Shown here in pieces: positions 48,068-56,755 of a stretch of DNA of 64,000 nt (positions are counted from its first letter, which is position 1; every line of letters starts with the position of its first letter). The notes beneath the pieces are model-generated. The model did no database searches. It was not told the origin of the DNA and worked only from the letters and a program-made list of their open reading frames with translations. This DNA comes from an uncultured Candidatus Binatia bacterium (GTDB lineage: Bacteria; Desulfobacterota; Binatia; HRBIN30), in the NCBI GenBank assembly GCA_964524885.1, contig CAZGEJ010000003.1, forward strand, positions 97,994 through 161,993. The letters run 5' to 3'. Position numbers and translations under genes: made by a program.

Positions 48068-50293
48068 ATGCCACGCATGAGTGACCGCCAAGCGTCGCGC
48101 CGCGGCGCCGCCGACTGGGTGCCGTTCGGTCTCGGGCAGCAGAAACCGCAGCACTACCGCGACATGCTGCGCGTCGTCTGGGACAACCGCGACAACCTCG
48201 GCCACGCCTGGCGCGTCCTCAGCCGCGGCGTCTGCGACGGCTGCGCCCTCGGCGTCGCCGGCTTCCGCGACTGGACGACCGACGGCACCCACCTCTGCAT
48301 GACGCGCCTCAACCTGCTGCGCCTCAACACCATGCCGGCCATGCCCGCGGAGCGCTTGGCCGACTGCGAGGCATTGCGCGGCCTCGACAATCAGCAACTG
48401 CGCGACCTCGGACGGCTCGCCTACCCCATGCTGCGGCAACGCGGCGACCGCGGCTTCCGCCGCATCCGCTGGGACGAGGCGCTCGCCCGCACGGCCGATC
48501 GCATTCGCGCCACGACGCCGGACCGGCTGGCCTTCTTCCTCACCTCGCGCGCCATCACCAACGAAACCTATTACGTGGCGCAGAAGGTCGCCCGCTTCCT
48601 CGGCACCAACAACATCGACAACGCCGCCCGCCTCTGCCACTCGCCGTCCACCGGGGCCATGAAAGGGGCTCTCGGCGTCGCCGCCTCGACCTGCAGTTAC
48701 CGCGACTGGTACGGCTCGGACCTCATCGTCTTCTTCGGCTCCAACCCGGCCAACGACCAGCCGGTGACGATGAAGTATCTCGACGAAGCCAAGCGGCTCG
48801 GCACGCGCGTCGCCGTCGTCAACCCCTACCGCGAGCCCGGCTTGGAGCGCTACTGGGTGCCGTCGGCGCCGCGTAGCGCCGTCTTCGGCACCGCCATCAC
48901 CGACCATTGGTTTCAAGTCACCGGTGGCGGTGACATCGCCTTCCTCTACGGCACTCTCAAGCACCTCATCGCCGAGGGCTGGCACGACCCCGCCTTCGTC
49001 GAGCGGCACAGCAGCGGCTTCGCCGAACTCGCCGCCACCGTCGCCGCCCTCGACTGGGAGACTCTCGAACGCGGCGCCGGCCTGTCGCGCCAACGCATGC
49101 ACGACATGGCGGTGCTGATCCGCGACGCGCGCACCGCCGTCTTCGTCTGGAGCATGGGCATCACCCAGCACGCCTTCGGCGGCCAGGCGGTGCAGATGAT
49201 TCTCAACCTCGCCCTCAGTAAGGGCTTCGTCGGACGCGAGCAGTGCGGCGTCATGCCGATCCGCGGCCACTCGGGCGTGCAAGGCGGCGCCGAAATGGGC
49301 GCCTATGCCACCGCCCTCCCCGGCGGCCTTCCCATCGACACGCCGCACGCCGAAGCCTTGTCGCAACAGTACGGCTTTACCGTGCCGGCCACCCCAGGGC
49401 TGCCGGCAACCGAAATGGTCGAAGCCGCGGCCCGCGGGCAGCTCGATTTGCTGTACTGCCTCGGCGGCAACTTCCTGCGCACCCTACCCGATCCGGAATA
49501 CGTCGCCGCCGCCATGAGCAACGTGCCGCTTCGGGTACACCAAGACATCATCGTCACCGACCAGATGCTGCTCGAACCGGGCGAAGAGGTGCTGCTGTTG
49601 CCGGCGAAGACACGCTACGAACAAGACGGCGGCGGCACCGAGACGACCACCGAACGCCGCATCCTGTTCGGTCCCGAAATTCCACGCCAAGTCGGCGAGG
49701 CGCGCGCCGAATGGCGCATCTTGCGCGACCTCGCCGTCGCCGTCGACGCCACGGCCAACATACGTCTCGGCTGTGACAGCGGCCAGGCGATTCGAGATGA
49801 GATCGCCCGCGTCGTGCCCATGTACGACGGCATCCAGCATCTGCGCCGTCTGGGCGACCAGGTTCAGTACGGCGGTGCGCACTTGTGTGCCGACTGGCGT
49901 TTCCCGACTGCTGACGGCAAGGCGCACTTCAGCACGCCGCCTCTACCCGCGCAGGACCGCCCGCGCGACGGCTTCAAGCTCAGCACCCGGCGCGGCAAGC
50001 AGTTCAACACCCTCGTGTACGCCGAGGTCGATCCGCTCACCGGCGCGCCACGCGATGCCTTGCTCATGAATCCCGACGACGCGGCTCGCTTGCACCTCGC
50101 CCACGGCGACCGCGTCGTCGTGCACAACGACCGCGGCCGCCTCGAAGCGCGCGTACAGCTGGCGCCGATTGCCCGCGGCAACGTGCAAGTGCATTGGCCC
50201 GAGGGCAACGTCTTGCTCGACCGCGGTGTCGTCGATTCGATGGGCGGCGTGCCCGACTACAACGCCTACGTGCGCATCGAAGCGGCGGCCTGA
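48068..50293 (+). CDS. Molybdopterin oxidoreductase of the FdhF/YdeP (formate-dehydrogenase-like) family
   Basis: N-terminal Cys cluster (CDGCALGVAG...C), molybdopterin-binding layout, and a C-terminal MopB_CT-like domain. No in-frame TGA, so there is no selenocysteine. Confidence 0.8.
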   Translation: MPRMSDRQASRRGAADWVPFGLGQQKPQHYRDMLRVVWDNRDNLGHAWRVLSRGVCDGCALGVAGFRDWTTDGTHLCMTRLNLLRLNTMPAMPAERLADCEALRGLDNQQLRDLGRLAYPMLRQRGDRGFRRIRWDEALARTADRIRATTPDRLAFFLTSRAITNETYYVAQKVARFLGTNNIDNAARLCHSPSTGAMKGALGVAASTCSYRDWYGSDLIVFFGSNPANDQPVTMKYLDEAKRLGTRVAVVNPYREPGLERYWVPSAPRSAVFGTAITDHWFQVTGGGDIAFLYGTLKHLIAEGWHDPAFVERHSSGFAELAATVAALDWETLERGAGLSRQRMHDMAVLIRDARTAVFVWSMGITQHAFGGQAVQMILNLALSKGFVGREQCGVMPIRGHSGVQGGAEMGAYATALPGGLPIDTPHAEALSQQYGFTVPATPGLPATEMVEAAARGQLDLLYCLGGNFLRTLPDPEYVAAAMSNVPLRVHQDIIVTDQMLLEPGEEVLLLPAKTRYEQDGGGTETTTERRILFGPEIPRQVGEARAEWRILRDLAVAVDATANIRLGCDSGQAIRDEIARVVPMYDGIQHLRRLGDQVQYGGAHLCADWRFPTADGKAHFSTPPLPAQDRPRDGFKLSTRRGKQFNTLVYAEVDPLTGAPRDALLMNPDDAARLHLAHGDRVVVHNDRGRLEARVQLAPIARGNVQVHWPEGNVLLDRGVVDSMGGVPDYNAYVRIEAAA

Positions 50294-50296
50294 GCC

Positions 50297-51160
50297 ATGC
50301 TCGACCGCCGCCGGAAACCAATCGTGCGCTGGCACCACGACACCGGCTGCACCGGCGACGTCGACGAAGTGGTGCGCGAGGAGCCACTCGAAATCTTCGT
50401 CGACGACGAGCCCGTCAGCGTCACCATGCGCACTCCGGGTGATGACGAAGCGCTCGCCGTCGGCTTCCTTCTCGGCGAAGGATTGCTGCAGACGAGAAGC
50501 CAGATCGCCGCCGTCGAAGGCGGCAGCGACGGCCTCGACTGCAACCGGGTGATCGTCCGCTTGAGCCCAGGCACGACGATCGACGTGCAGCGCTTGAGCC
50601 GACACGTCTTCGCCTCATCGAGTTGCGGCCTGTGCGGCAAGACGAGCATCGCCGCCATCCGGCAGAATCTGCCCGCCCTGGACAGCGATGTCGCCGTGCC
50701 GGCCGAGACCCTGTTACTGCTGCCGGAACGACTGCGCGCGGCGCAGGCCAACTTCGCCCGCACCGGCGGCGTGCACGCGGCCGGCATCTTCGACGCCACC
50801 GGCGAACCGATCGTCGTGAGGGAAGACGTCGGCCGCCACAACGCCGTCGACAAAGTCCTCGGCTACGGCTTGCTCAGCGAACGCGGCCCGTTCGACCGGC
50901 ACGTGTTGATGGTCAGCGGCCGCACCTCGTTCGAGATCGTACAAAAGGCCTTGGCGGCGCGGGTGCCGATCCTGGCGGCCGTATCCGCGCCATCGAGCCT
51001 AGCGATCGAACTGGCCCAAGAGGCCGGCATGACGCTGATCGGCTTCCTGCGCGGCGCCGGCATGAACATCTACTGCGGCCCGGAGAGAATTCCGACAAGT
51101 CCGACAGGTCCGACCGGTCAGACAGGTCAGACTTGTCAGACCTCTCCCGAATCACGATAA
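50297..51160 (+). CDS. fdhD: Formate dehydrogenase accessory sulfurtransferase FdhD
   Basis: Catalytic-loop SSCGLCGK motif, GGVHAAG, HNAVDK. Follows the molybdoenzyme gene 4 nt downstream. The C-terminal 20 aa (PTSPTGPTGQTGQTCQTSPESR) are encoded by a 9-bp tandem repeat array. Confidence 0.85.
   Translation: MLDRRRKPIVRWHHDTGCTGDVDEVVREEPLEIFVDDEPVSVTMRTPGDDEALAVGFLLGEGLLQTRSQIAAVEGGSDGLDCNRVIVRLSPGTTIDVQRLSRHVFASSSCGLCGKTSIAAIRQNLPALDSDVAVPAETLLLLPERLRAAQANFARTGGVHAAGIFDATGEPIVVREDVGRHNAVDKVLGYGLLSERGPFDRHVLMVSGRTSFEIVQKALAARVPILAAVSAPSSLAIELAQEAGMTLIGFLRGAGMNIYCGPERIPTSPTGPTGQTGQTCQTSPESR
51092..51142. repeat. 9-bp tandem repeat array (GACARGTCN, reverse orientation of the GTCTGACCT family), 5-6 copies, overlapping the fdhD 3' end
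   Basis: The sequence reads ccgacaagtccgacaggtccgaccggtcagacaggtcagacttgtcagacc. Confidence 0.9.
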
Positions 51161-51167
51161 GCCTCGG

Positions 51168-52550
51168 ATGGGAATCTTCCGCAGCTACGACATCCGCGGC
51201 ATCTTCGGCGCCGAAATCGACATCGCCTTCGCCCACAAGCTGGGCCTCGCCCTGGGCGAGCACTTCCGCACCCTCGAGCGCAATCGCGGCAAGGACTCCC
51301 TCCACTTCGTCGTCGGGCGCGACATGCGCGCCAGCGCCGCTGCCTGCGCCCCGGCCCTCATCGACGGCTTAGTCGCCGCCGGCCATCGGGTCACCGACAT
51401 CGGCATGGTGACGACACCGTGCGCCTACTTTGCGGTCCAACGCCTGGGTGCCGACGGCGGCGTCATCTGCACCGCGTCGCACAACCCGGCGCAGTACATC
51501 GGCTTCAAGGTGTGCCGCGAACTGGCGGTGCCGATGGGCCACGAAGCCGGCCTCAATGAAGTCGAGCGACGCATCGCCTCGGCGCGCCCGGCGGTCCGGC
51601 CCGGCCGTGTCGAGCACACCGACATCGACGCCGCCTACATCGACTTCCTCGTCGGCCAAAGCCGCGGCTTGCGACCGATCAAGATCGTCGTCGATGCCTC
51701 GAACGGCATGGCCGGCAAGTATCTCGCCCCATTGTTCGCCCGCTTCCCGATGCAGTTCGAAGGCATGTTCCTCGAACCCGACGGCACCTTTCCCAACCAC
51801 GAAGCCGACCCGTCGAAACCGGAGAATCTCGCGGCCCTCGCGGACCGCGTCCGCGCCACCGGCGCCGACGCCGGCTTCTCGCTCGACGGCGACGGCGACC
51901 GCCTCGGTGCCGTCGACGAAAACGGCAAGCCGATCCGCGGCGACATCCTCGCCGCCTTGCTCGTCGACGACATGCTCGCCGAGAGCCCCGGTCGCCCGAT
52001 CTGTTTCGACCTGCGTTCGAGCAAGATCCTCGAGGACGTCGTGCAAGCCCACGGCGGCGTCCCGGTGCGATCGCGCGTCGGTCACTCGCACATCAAGAAA
52101 CAGATGCGCGAACTCGGCTCGCCGTTCGGCAGCGAACTCTCCGGCCACTTCTACTTCGCCCTGCAAGGGAGGGAACTGTTCTACGCCGACTCCGGCCTAG
52201 TGGCTCTGGTGCGCATGCTCAACGTGCTCAGCGCCTCGTCCGAGCGGCTCTCGACGCGCATCGCCCCGCTCGAGAAGTACAGTCACTCCGGCGAGATCAA
52301 CTTCCGCGTCGAGGACCAAGAAGGCGCGATCGCGGCCATCCGCACGCACTTCGCCGACGGCAGACAAACCGAACTGGACGGCGTCAGCGTCGCCTACGAC
52401 GATTGGTGGTTCAACGTTCGTTCGAGCAACACCGAACCGCTGCTGCGCCTGACCCTGGAAGGAGACACGCCGTCGTTACGCGAGCGCGGCCTCGAGCGGG
52501 TACGGGCGGTACTGGCCAGCTTCGGTACGGAAATCGCGGGCGGCCACTGA
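51168..52550 (+). CDS. Phosphomannomutase/phosphoglucomutase (alpha-D-phosphohexomutase)
   Basis: Active-site TASHNP, metal-binding DGDGDR, sugar-binding GELSGH-like (GSELSGHF). Confidence 0.9.
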   Translation: MGIFRSYDIRGIFGAEIDIAFAHKLGLALGEHFRTLERNRGKDSLHFVVGRDMRASAAACAPALIDGLVAAGHRVTDIGMVTTPCAYFAVQRLGADGGVICTASHNPAQYIGFKVCRELAVPMGHEAGLNEVERRIASARPAVRPGRVEHTDIDAAYIDFLVGQSRGLRPIKIVVDASNGMAGKYLAPLFARFPMQFEGMFLEPDGTFPNHEADPSKPENLAALADRVRATGADAGFSLDGDGDRLGAVDENGKPIRGDILAALLVDDMLAESPGRPICFDLRSSKILEDVVQAHGGVPVRSRVGHSHIKKQMRELGSPFGSELSGHFYFALQGRELFYADSGLVALVRMLNVLSASSERLSTRIAPLEKYSHSGEINFRVEDQEGAIAAIRTHFADGRQTELDGVSVAYDDWWFNVRSSNTEPLLRLTLEGDTPSLRERGLERVRAVLASFGTEIAGGH

Positions 52551-52556
52551 GATACT

Positions 52557-52643
52557 CGAGGGCCAAGGTGCAAGGGCCAAGGGCCAAGAAACCCCGAGGT
52601 ACGAACGCAACTCTTGGCCCTCGTACCTTGGCCCTTGGCCCTC
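52557..52643. repeat. Imperfect inverted repeat built from GGGCCAAG octamers, between convergent manB and glmS
   Basis: gagggccaaggtgcaagggccaagggccaag ... cttggccctcgtaccttggcccttggccctc. Confidence 0.85.
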
Positions 52644-52666
52644 GACTGCGTCGCCCCGACGCAGTC
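52644..52666. terminator. Perfect 9-bp-stem hairpin (gactgcgtc-gcccc-gacgcagtc); candidate bidirectional terminator for manB and glmS, with no U-tract
   Basis: Seen directly. The hairpin sits between convergent genes, directly adjacent to the octamer palindrome. Confidence 0.5.
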
Positions 52667-52670
52667 GCCC

Positions 52671-54482
52671 TTACGGAACGGTCACCGACTTGGCGAGGGA
52701 GCGCGGCTTGTCGACGTTGCGCTTGAGGGCAGTGGCGGTGAAATAAGCCAGCAGCTGGCCACCGACGAGAGGTAGGAACGGCGCCACCAAGCGATCGGCT
52801 TGCGGAAACACGACCTTCTCGTCGTGCAGATCCTCGCCGCGGTCGAAGGTGAAGCCGAGGACGAAGCCGCCGCGCGCCTTGACCTCCTCGGCGCTCGACA
52901 TCGTCGCCGCGTGCAGGTCGCCCTGCTCGTGCGGCGGCACGAAGACGAGCGTATTGAAGCGATCGTCGACCAGCGACAGCGTGCCGTGCTTGAGGAAGCC
53001 ACCCGGCATGCCCTCGGCGTGCACGTAAGTCACTTCCTTCATCTTCAGGGCCGACTCGAGGGCAATCGGGTAGAAAATGCCGCGGCCGAGGAAGAGCCAA
53101 TTGTCTTTGCCGGCGTGGCCGTAGGCGGCGGCGCGAATGACGCCGGACCGCTCGTTCAACAGCGTCTCGATCAGGCCCGGCAGTTCCTCCAACGCCGCGT
53201 TGCCCTGGCGCCGACGCTCGGCGCTGATCACCCCGCGACGTTCACCGACGGCCAAGGCGACACGCGTCAACAACACCATTTGCACCAGCGCCGCCTTGGT
53301 GCTGACGACGCAGACCTCGGGCCCGGAAGCCTGCAACAGCACCCGATCGACGAGGCGGGCGATGGACGAGCCCATGACGTTGACGATGGCGGCGGTGGCG
53401 GCACCGCGCTCCTTGGCGTGGCGCAGCGCCATCACCGTGTCGTAGGTCTCGCCCGACTGCGACACCGCCAGCACCAGCGACTTGTCGTCGCTGGTATCGA
53501 GGTGGGTGAACTCGTCGGAGCTCACCAAGGTCACCGGGAGATTGGCCAGCTCGGCGAGCAGATACTGACCGTAGAGCGAGACGTAATACGTCGAGCCAAC
53601 GCCCATGAGGTAGACACGACCGGCATCGGCGATCATGCGCGCCAACGCATCAATCTCTTCCTCGTCGATGTGCAGGGCGCGGCGCACGGCTTGCGGCTGC
53701 TCGTGGATCTCCTTGAGCATGTAGTGCGGGTAGCCGCCCTTACCGCGCAACTCGGGATCCCACGGGACGACGGTGATCGTCTTGGCGATCGGATCGCCGG
53801 TGCGCAGGCTCTTCACCGAATAGCTGTCGCGGGTGACGACACCGTACTCGCCGTCGTCGAGGATGACGGTGTTCTTCGTGTGTTCGATGAAGGCGTTGAA
53901 GTCGGAGCCGATGTAGTTGGAGCCGCTGCCGAGGCCGATGATGAGCGGGCTCTCGTGGCGGGCGCAGTAGATGCGATCCGGCTCGTAGGTCGAGATCATC
54001 GCCAGCGCGAAGCTGCCTTCGAGGGCGCGCAGCGCCGCCACCCAGGCGCGCTCGACGTCTTGGCAATGGCGGTAGTTGTGGTCGATGAGGTGGGCGATGA
54101 CCTCGGTATCGGTCTCGGAGACGAAACTGAAGCCCTGCTCGGCGAGCTGGGCGCGCAGCATCTTGTAGTTGGCGATGATGCCGTTGTGGACGACGACGAA
54201 ATCGCCGCCCGAGCTACGGTGCGGGTGGGCGTTGTCGCGCGTCACCTTGCCGTGCGTCGCCCAGCGCGTATGGGCGATGCCGACGTAGCTATCGATGTTG
54301 CGCAGATTCTCCTTGCCGTGCACCTCGTCGACGGTGCCGACGTTCTTGCGGATCTCGATGTGGTCGTGGTTGTGGTAGGCGACGCCGCACGAGTCGTAGC
54401 CGCGATACTCGAGGTGATGGATGCCGTCGTAGAGCCGATCCTCGATCGGCTGGTAGCTGACGACGCCAGCAATGCCGCACAT
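52671..54482 (-). CDS. glmS: Glutamine--fructose-6-phosphate aminotransferase
   Basis: N-terminal MCGIAGVV (the Ntn Cys). The GATase-2 domain is followed by two SIS domains and a C-terminal ...SVTVP-type tail. Start set at the MCG Met inside the longer ORF. Confidence 0.95.
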   Translation of the reverse strand: MCGIAGVVSYQPIEDRLYDGIHHLEYRGYDSCGVAYHNHDHIEIRKNVGTVDEVHGKENLRNIDSYVGIAHTRWATHGKVTRDNAHPHRSSGGDFVVVHNGIIANYKMLRAQLAEQGFSFVSETDTEVIAHLIDHNYRHCQDVERAWVAALRALEGSFALAMISTYEPDRIYCARHESPLIIGLGSGSNYIGSDFNAFIEHTKNTVILDDGEYGVVTRDSYSVKSLRTGDPIAKTITVVPWDPELRGKGGYPHYMLKEIHEQPQAVRRALHIDEEEIDALARMIADAGRVYLMGVGSTYYVSLYGQYLLAELANLPVTLVSSDEFTHLDTSDDKSLVLAVSQSGETYDTVMALRHAKERGAATAAIVNVMGSSIARLVDRVLLQASGPEVCVVSTKAALVQMVLLTRVALAVGERRGVISAERRRQGNAALEELPGLIETLLNERSGVIRAAAYGHAGKDNWLFLGRGIFYPIALESALKMKEVTYVHAEGMPGGFLKHGTLSLVDDRFNTLVFVPPHEQGDLHAATMSSAEEVKARGGFVLGFTFDRGEDLHDEKVVFPQADRLVAPFLPLVGGQLLAYFTATALKRNVDKPRSLAKSVTVP

Positions 54483-54492
54483 GAAACGCTCC

Positions 54493-55707
54493 TCAACCGC
54501 GGGGGCGGCCGCCGACGCTGACGTTGTGCGGCACGCTCGAGCCGGCGGCAAGCACGGTGCCGGCGGCGATGGTATGGCCGGCGCCGACGCGCGCGCCGTC
54601 TCCAGCAAAGGTTCCCAGCTTGGTCCAGGCGGTGTGCAGCACCTCGCCGTGCAGGTCGACGCCGACGGGGCTGCGGTCGATGTTCTCGTTGACGGTCACG
54701 GTATTCGAGCCGAGGTAGACGCCCTCGCCGAGGACGCTGTCGCCGATGAACGACAATCGGCCGACGTCGGCCCGGCCGAACACGACGCTGTTCTTCAGTT
54801 CGGCGCCGTAGCCGATCATCGAACCGGGACCGAGCGACGTGTAGTTGCGCACCAGCGAGTTGGTGCCGACGTAACAATCGCGCCCGACATAACAAGGGCC
54901 GACGAGCACCGCACCCGACTTGATCTGCGAGCCGGCTTCGATGCGCACCGGGCCGGAGATGGTGACGTTGCCCTCGATGCGGGCATGCCGCGAGATGACC
55001 GCCTCTTCCCAGGTGTCCATGACCATCTGGTTGGCGGCTAGGATGTCCCAGGGGTACTCGACGTCGATCCAGCCCGACTCCCAAATCGAGGCGTGCAGGC
55101 CGAACCGTTCCATGATGCCGGCGAAGGCCGCTTCCATGTCGCCGTCGGCGCGATCGACGAGGTCGAAGACGTCCGTCGGCAACACGAAAAAGCCGGACAG
55201 CACGTAGTTGCCCAGATTCTCTTCCGTCGGCTTCTCGACGATGCGGGTGATGCGCGTGCCGCTGAAGTAGACGTTGCCGTAGCGACCGGTCGGCGGCCCC
55301 GGCAGGCAGACGCCGGCGATCGGGCCCTTGAACGAGTTGAACGACTGCAGCAGCTGCGGAAACGGGCTGTCGGAGGTGACGACGTCGCCGTAGGCCAAGA
55401 CGAAGTACTCACCCGGGTTGAAACGCGCGCGCGCCGCGCCGAGGGCGCCGCCGATGCCGCTGCGCTGGCCCTGCTCGACGTAGGCTACATTGATGCCGAG
55501 AGCGGTGCCGTCGCCGAAGTCCTGCCGCAGCTTGCTGCCATGCTGGCCGGTGACGACGACGACATCGGTGATGCCCGCCGAGCGCAGATGGGTCAGCGTC
55601 CGCCGCAGCAACGAGCCGCCGGCGACCACGGTCATCGCCTTCGAACGAGTGGCCGAGAAGGGAACGAGATTGCGTCCGGCGCCGCCGGTCAAAACGAGTG
55701 CCTTCAT
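54493..55707 (-). CDS. Sugar-phosphate nucleotidyltransferase with C-terminal left-handed beta-helix (GlmU/RmlA-like)
   Basis: MKALVLTGGAGRNL resembles the G-x-G-T-R-L nucleotidyltransferase motif. C-terminal hexapeptide repeats (ISGPVRIEAGSQI...VGTNSLV...). Start set at the MKALVL Met. Confidence 0.75.
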   Translation of the reverse strand: MKALVLTGGAGRNLVPFSATRSKAMTVVAGGSLLRRTLTHLRSAGITDVVVVTGQHGSKLRQDFGDGTALGINVAYVEQGQRSGIGGALGAARARFNPGEYFVLAYGDVVTSDSPFPQLLQSFNSFKGPIAGVCLPGPPTGRYGNVYFSGTRITRIVEKPTEENLGNYVLSGFFVLPTDVFDLVDRADGDMEAAFAGIMERFGLHASIWESGWIDVEYPWDILAANQMVMDTWEEAVISRHARIEGNVTISGPVRIEAGSQIKSGAVLVGPCYVGRDCYVGTNSLVRNYTSLGPGSMIGYGAELKNSVVFGRADVGRLSFIGDSVLGEGVYLGSNTVTVNENIDRSPVGVDLHGEVLHTAWTKLGTFAGDGARVGAGHTIAAGTVLAAGSSVPHNVSVGGRPRG

Positions 55708-55735
55708 GAGTCGGGCGCCACTGTCAACAAATCCG

Positions 55736-56755
55736 TCAAGCTTTGGCAAGCGACGATTGGCGGCGTCGCTGTGCCAGATCGGCGGCCATGAGGATGGCTG
55801 CGGCCATGCTGCTGGGGTCGGCGACGCCGCGGCCGGCGAGGTCGAAGGCGGTGCCATGATCGGGCGAGGTGCGGACGAACGGCAGTCCGAGGGTGACGTT
55901 CACCCCGTCGGCGAAATGCAGCAGCTTGAACGGCCCGAGGCCTTGGTCGTGGTACATGCAGACCACGGCGTCGTAGGTGCCGGACATGGCGTGAGCAAAG
56001 ACGCCGTCGGCGGCGGCCGGGCCGTCCGCCTGCATCCCGGCGCGGCGCGCTCGGCGCAGCGCCGGCGCGATGACGCGGATCTCCTCGTCGCCGAAGAGGC
56101 CGCCTTCGCCGGCGTGCGGGTTGAGCCCGGTGACGGCGATGCGTGGGCGGGCGATGCCGAAGTCGCGGCGCAGGGCGTGCTCGGTGATGCGCAGCGTCTC
56201 GAGAACGAGCGGCGCGTCGATGCGCCGCGGCACCTCGGCGAGAGCCATGTGAATGGTGGCCAGTACGACCCGTAGCTTGGGGCCGGCGAGCATCATGCGC
56301 ACCGGGACATCGCCGGCGAGCTGAGCGAGCAGCTCCGTGTGGCCCGGAATGTCGTGGCCGGCAAGGGCGACGTGCTCTTTGCTGATGGGCGCGGTGACCA
56401 GCGCTTCGGCATGGCCTTCCTGCACCAGGCGGGCGGCCGCCAAGATCGCGGCATACGCCGCGCTGCCGCAGGCAGCCTTGGCGCGGCGCGTCCGCGGTAG
56501 ACCATGGGACCCATAGGACTCATGGGTCCTATGGGTCCCATCCTCGATCGAAAGGGTCTGCAGGCGATCGCCGAGCTTGAGCCCGAGGCGCTCGGCAGTG
56601 GCGTGAAACACTTGCGGCAGGCCCACCAGGATCGGCGTGACGGCGCGCCGGACCTTGGGCTGGGCCAGTGCCTTGAGAGTCACCTCCGGGCCGATGCCGG
56701 CCGGGTCGCCCATACTGATGGCCAGCACCGGGCGGGAACTGCGGGCCGGCGGCAT
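55736..56755 (-). CDS. pdxA: 4-hydroxythreonine-4-phosphate dehydrogenase
   Basis: VLAISMGDPAGIGPEV N-terminus. Conserved segments include ALVTAPISKE and the GTNxxPHAGE-like GLNPHAGEGG. The ATG overlaps the surA stop (TGATG). Confidence 0.9.
   Translation of the reverse strand: MPPARSSRPVLAISMGDPAGIGPEVTLKALAQPKVRRAVTPILVGLPQVFHATAERLGLKLGDRLQTLSIEDGTHRTHESYGSHGLPRTRRAKAACGSAAYAAILAAARLVQEGHAEALVTAPISKEHVALAGHDIPGHTELLAQLAGDVPVRMMLAGPKLRVVLATIHMALAEVPRRIDAPLVLETLRITEHALRRDFGIARPRIAVTGLNPHAGEGGLFGDEEIRVIAPALRRARRAGMQADGPAAADGVFAHAMSGTYDAVVCMYHDQGLGPFKLLHFADGVNVTLGLPFVRTSPDHGTAFDLAGRGVADPSSMAAAILMAADLAQRRRQSSLAKA
56505..56538. repeat. Perfect 13-bp inverted repeat with 8-nt loop, inside the pdxA coding sequence
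   Basis: The sequence is gggacccatagga-ctcatggg-tcctatgggtccc. It is flanked by direct catgggwcc copies. It encodes ...EDGTHRTHESYGSHG... in the pdxA frame. Confidence 0.8.

Noticed and set aside
47717-49366. 549-aa - strand ORF overlapping the molybdoenzyme gene
   Set aside because: It is a shadow of the FdhF/YdeP-like gene, which has clear Mo-enzyme motifs on the + strand. Only the last about 80 codons, which lie in an intergenic gap, were kept as a low-confidence small gene.
48068-50293. Selenocysteine recoding in the formate-dehydrogenase-like enzyme
   Set aside because: The ORF is continuous with no in-frame TGA. The N-terminal metal ligands are Cys, consistent with YdeP-type enzymes that lack Sec.
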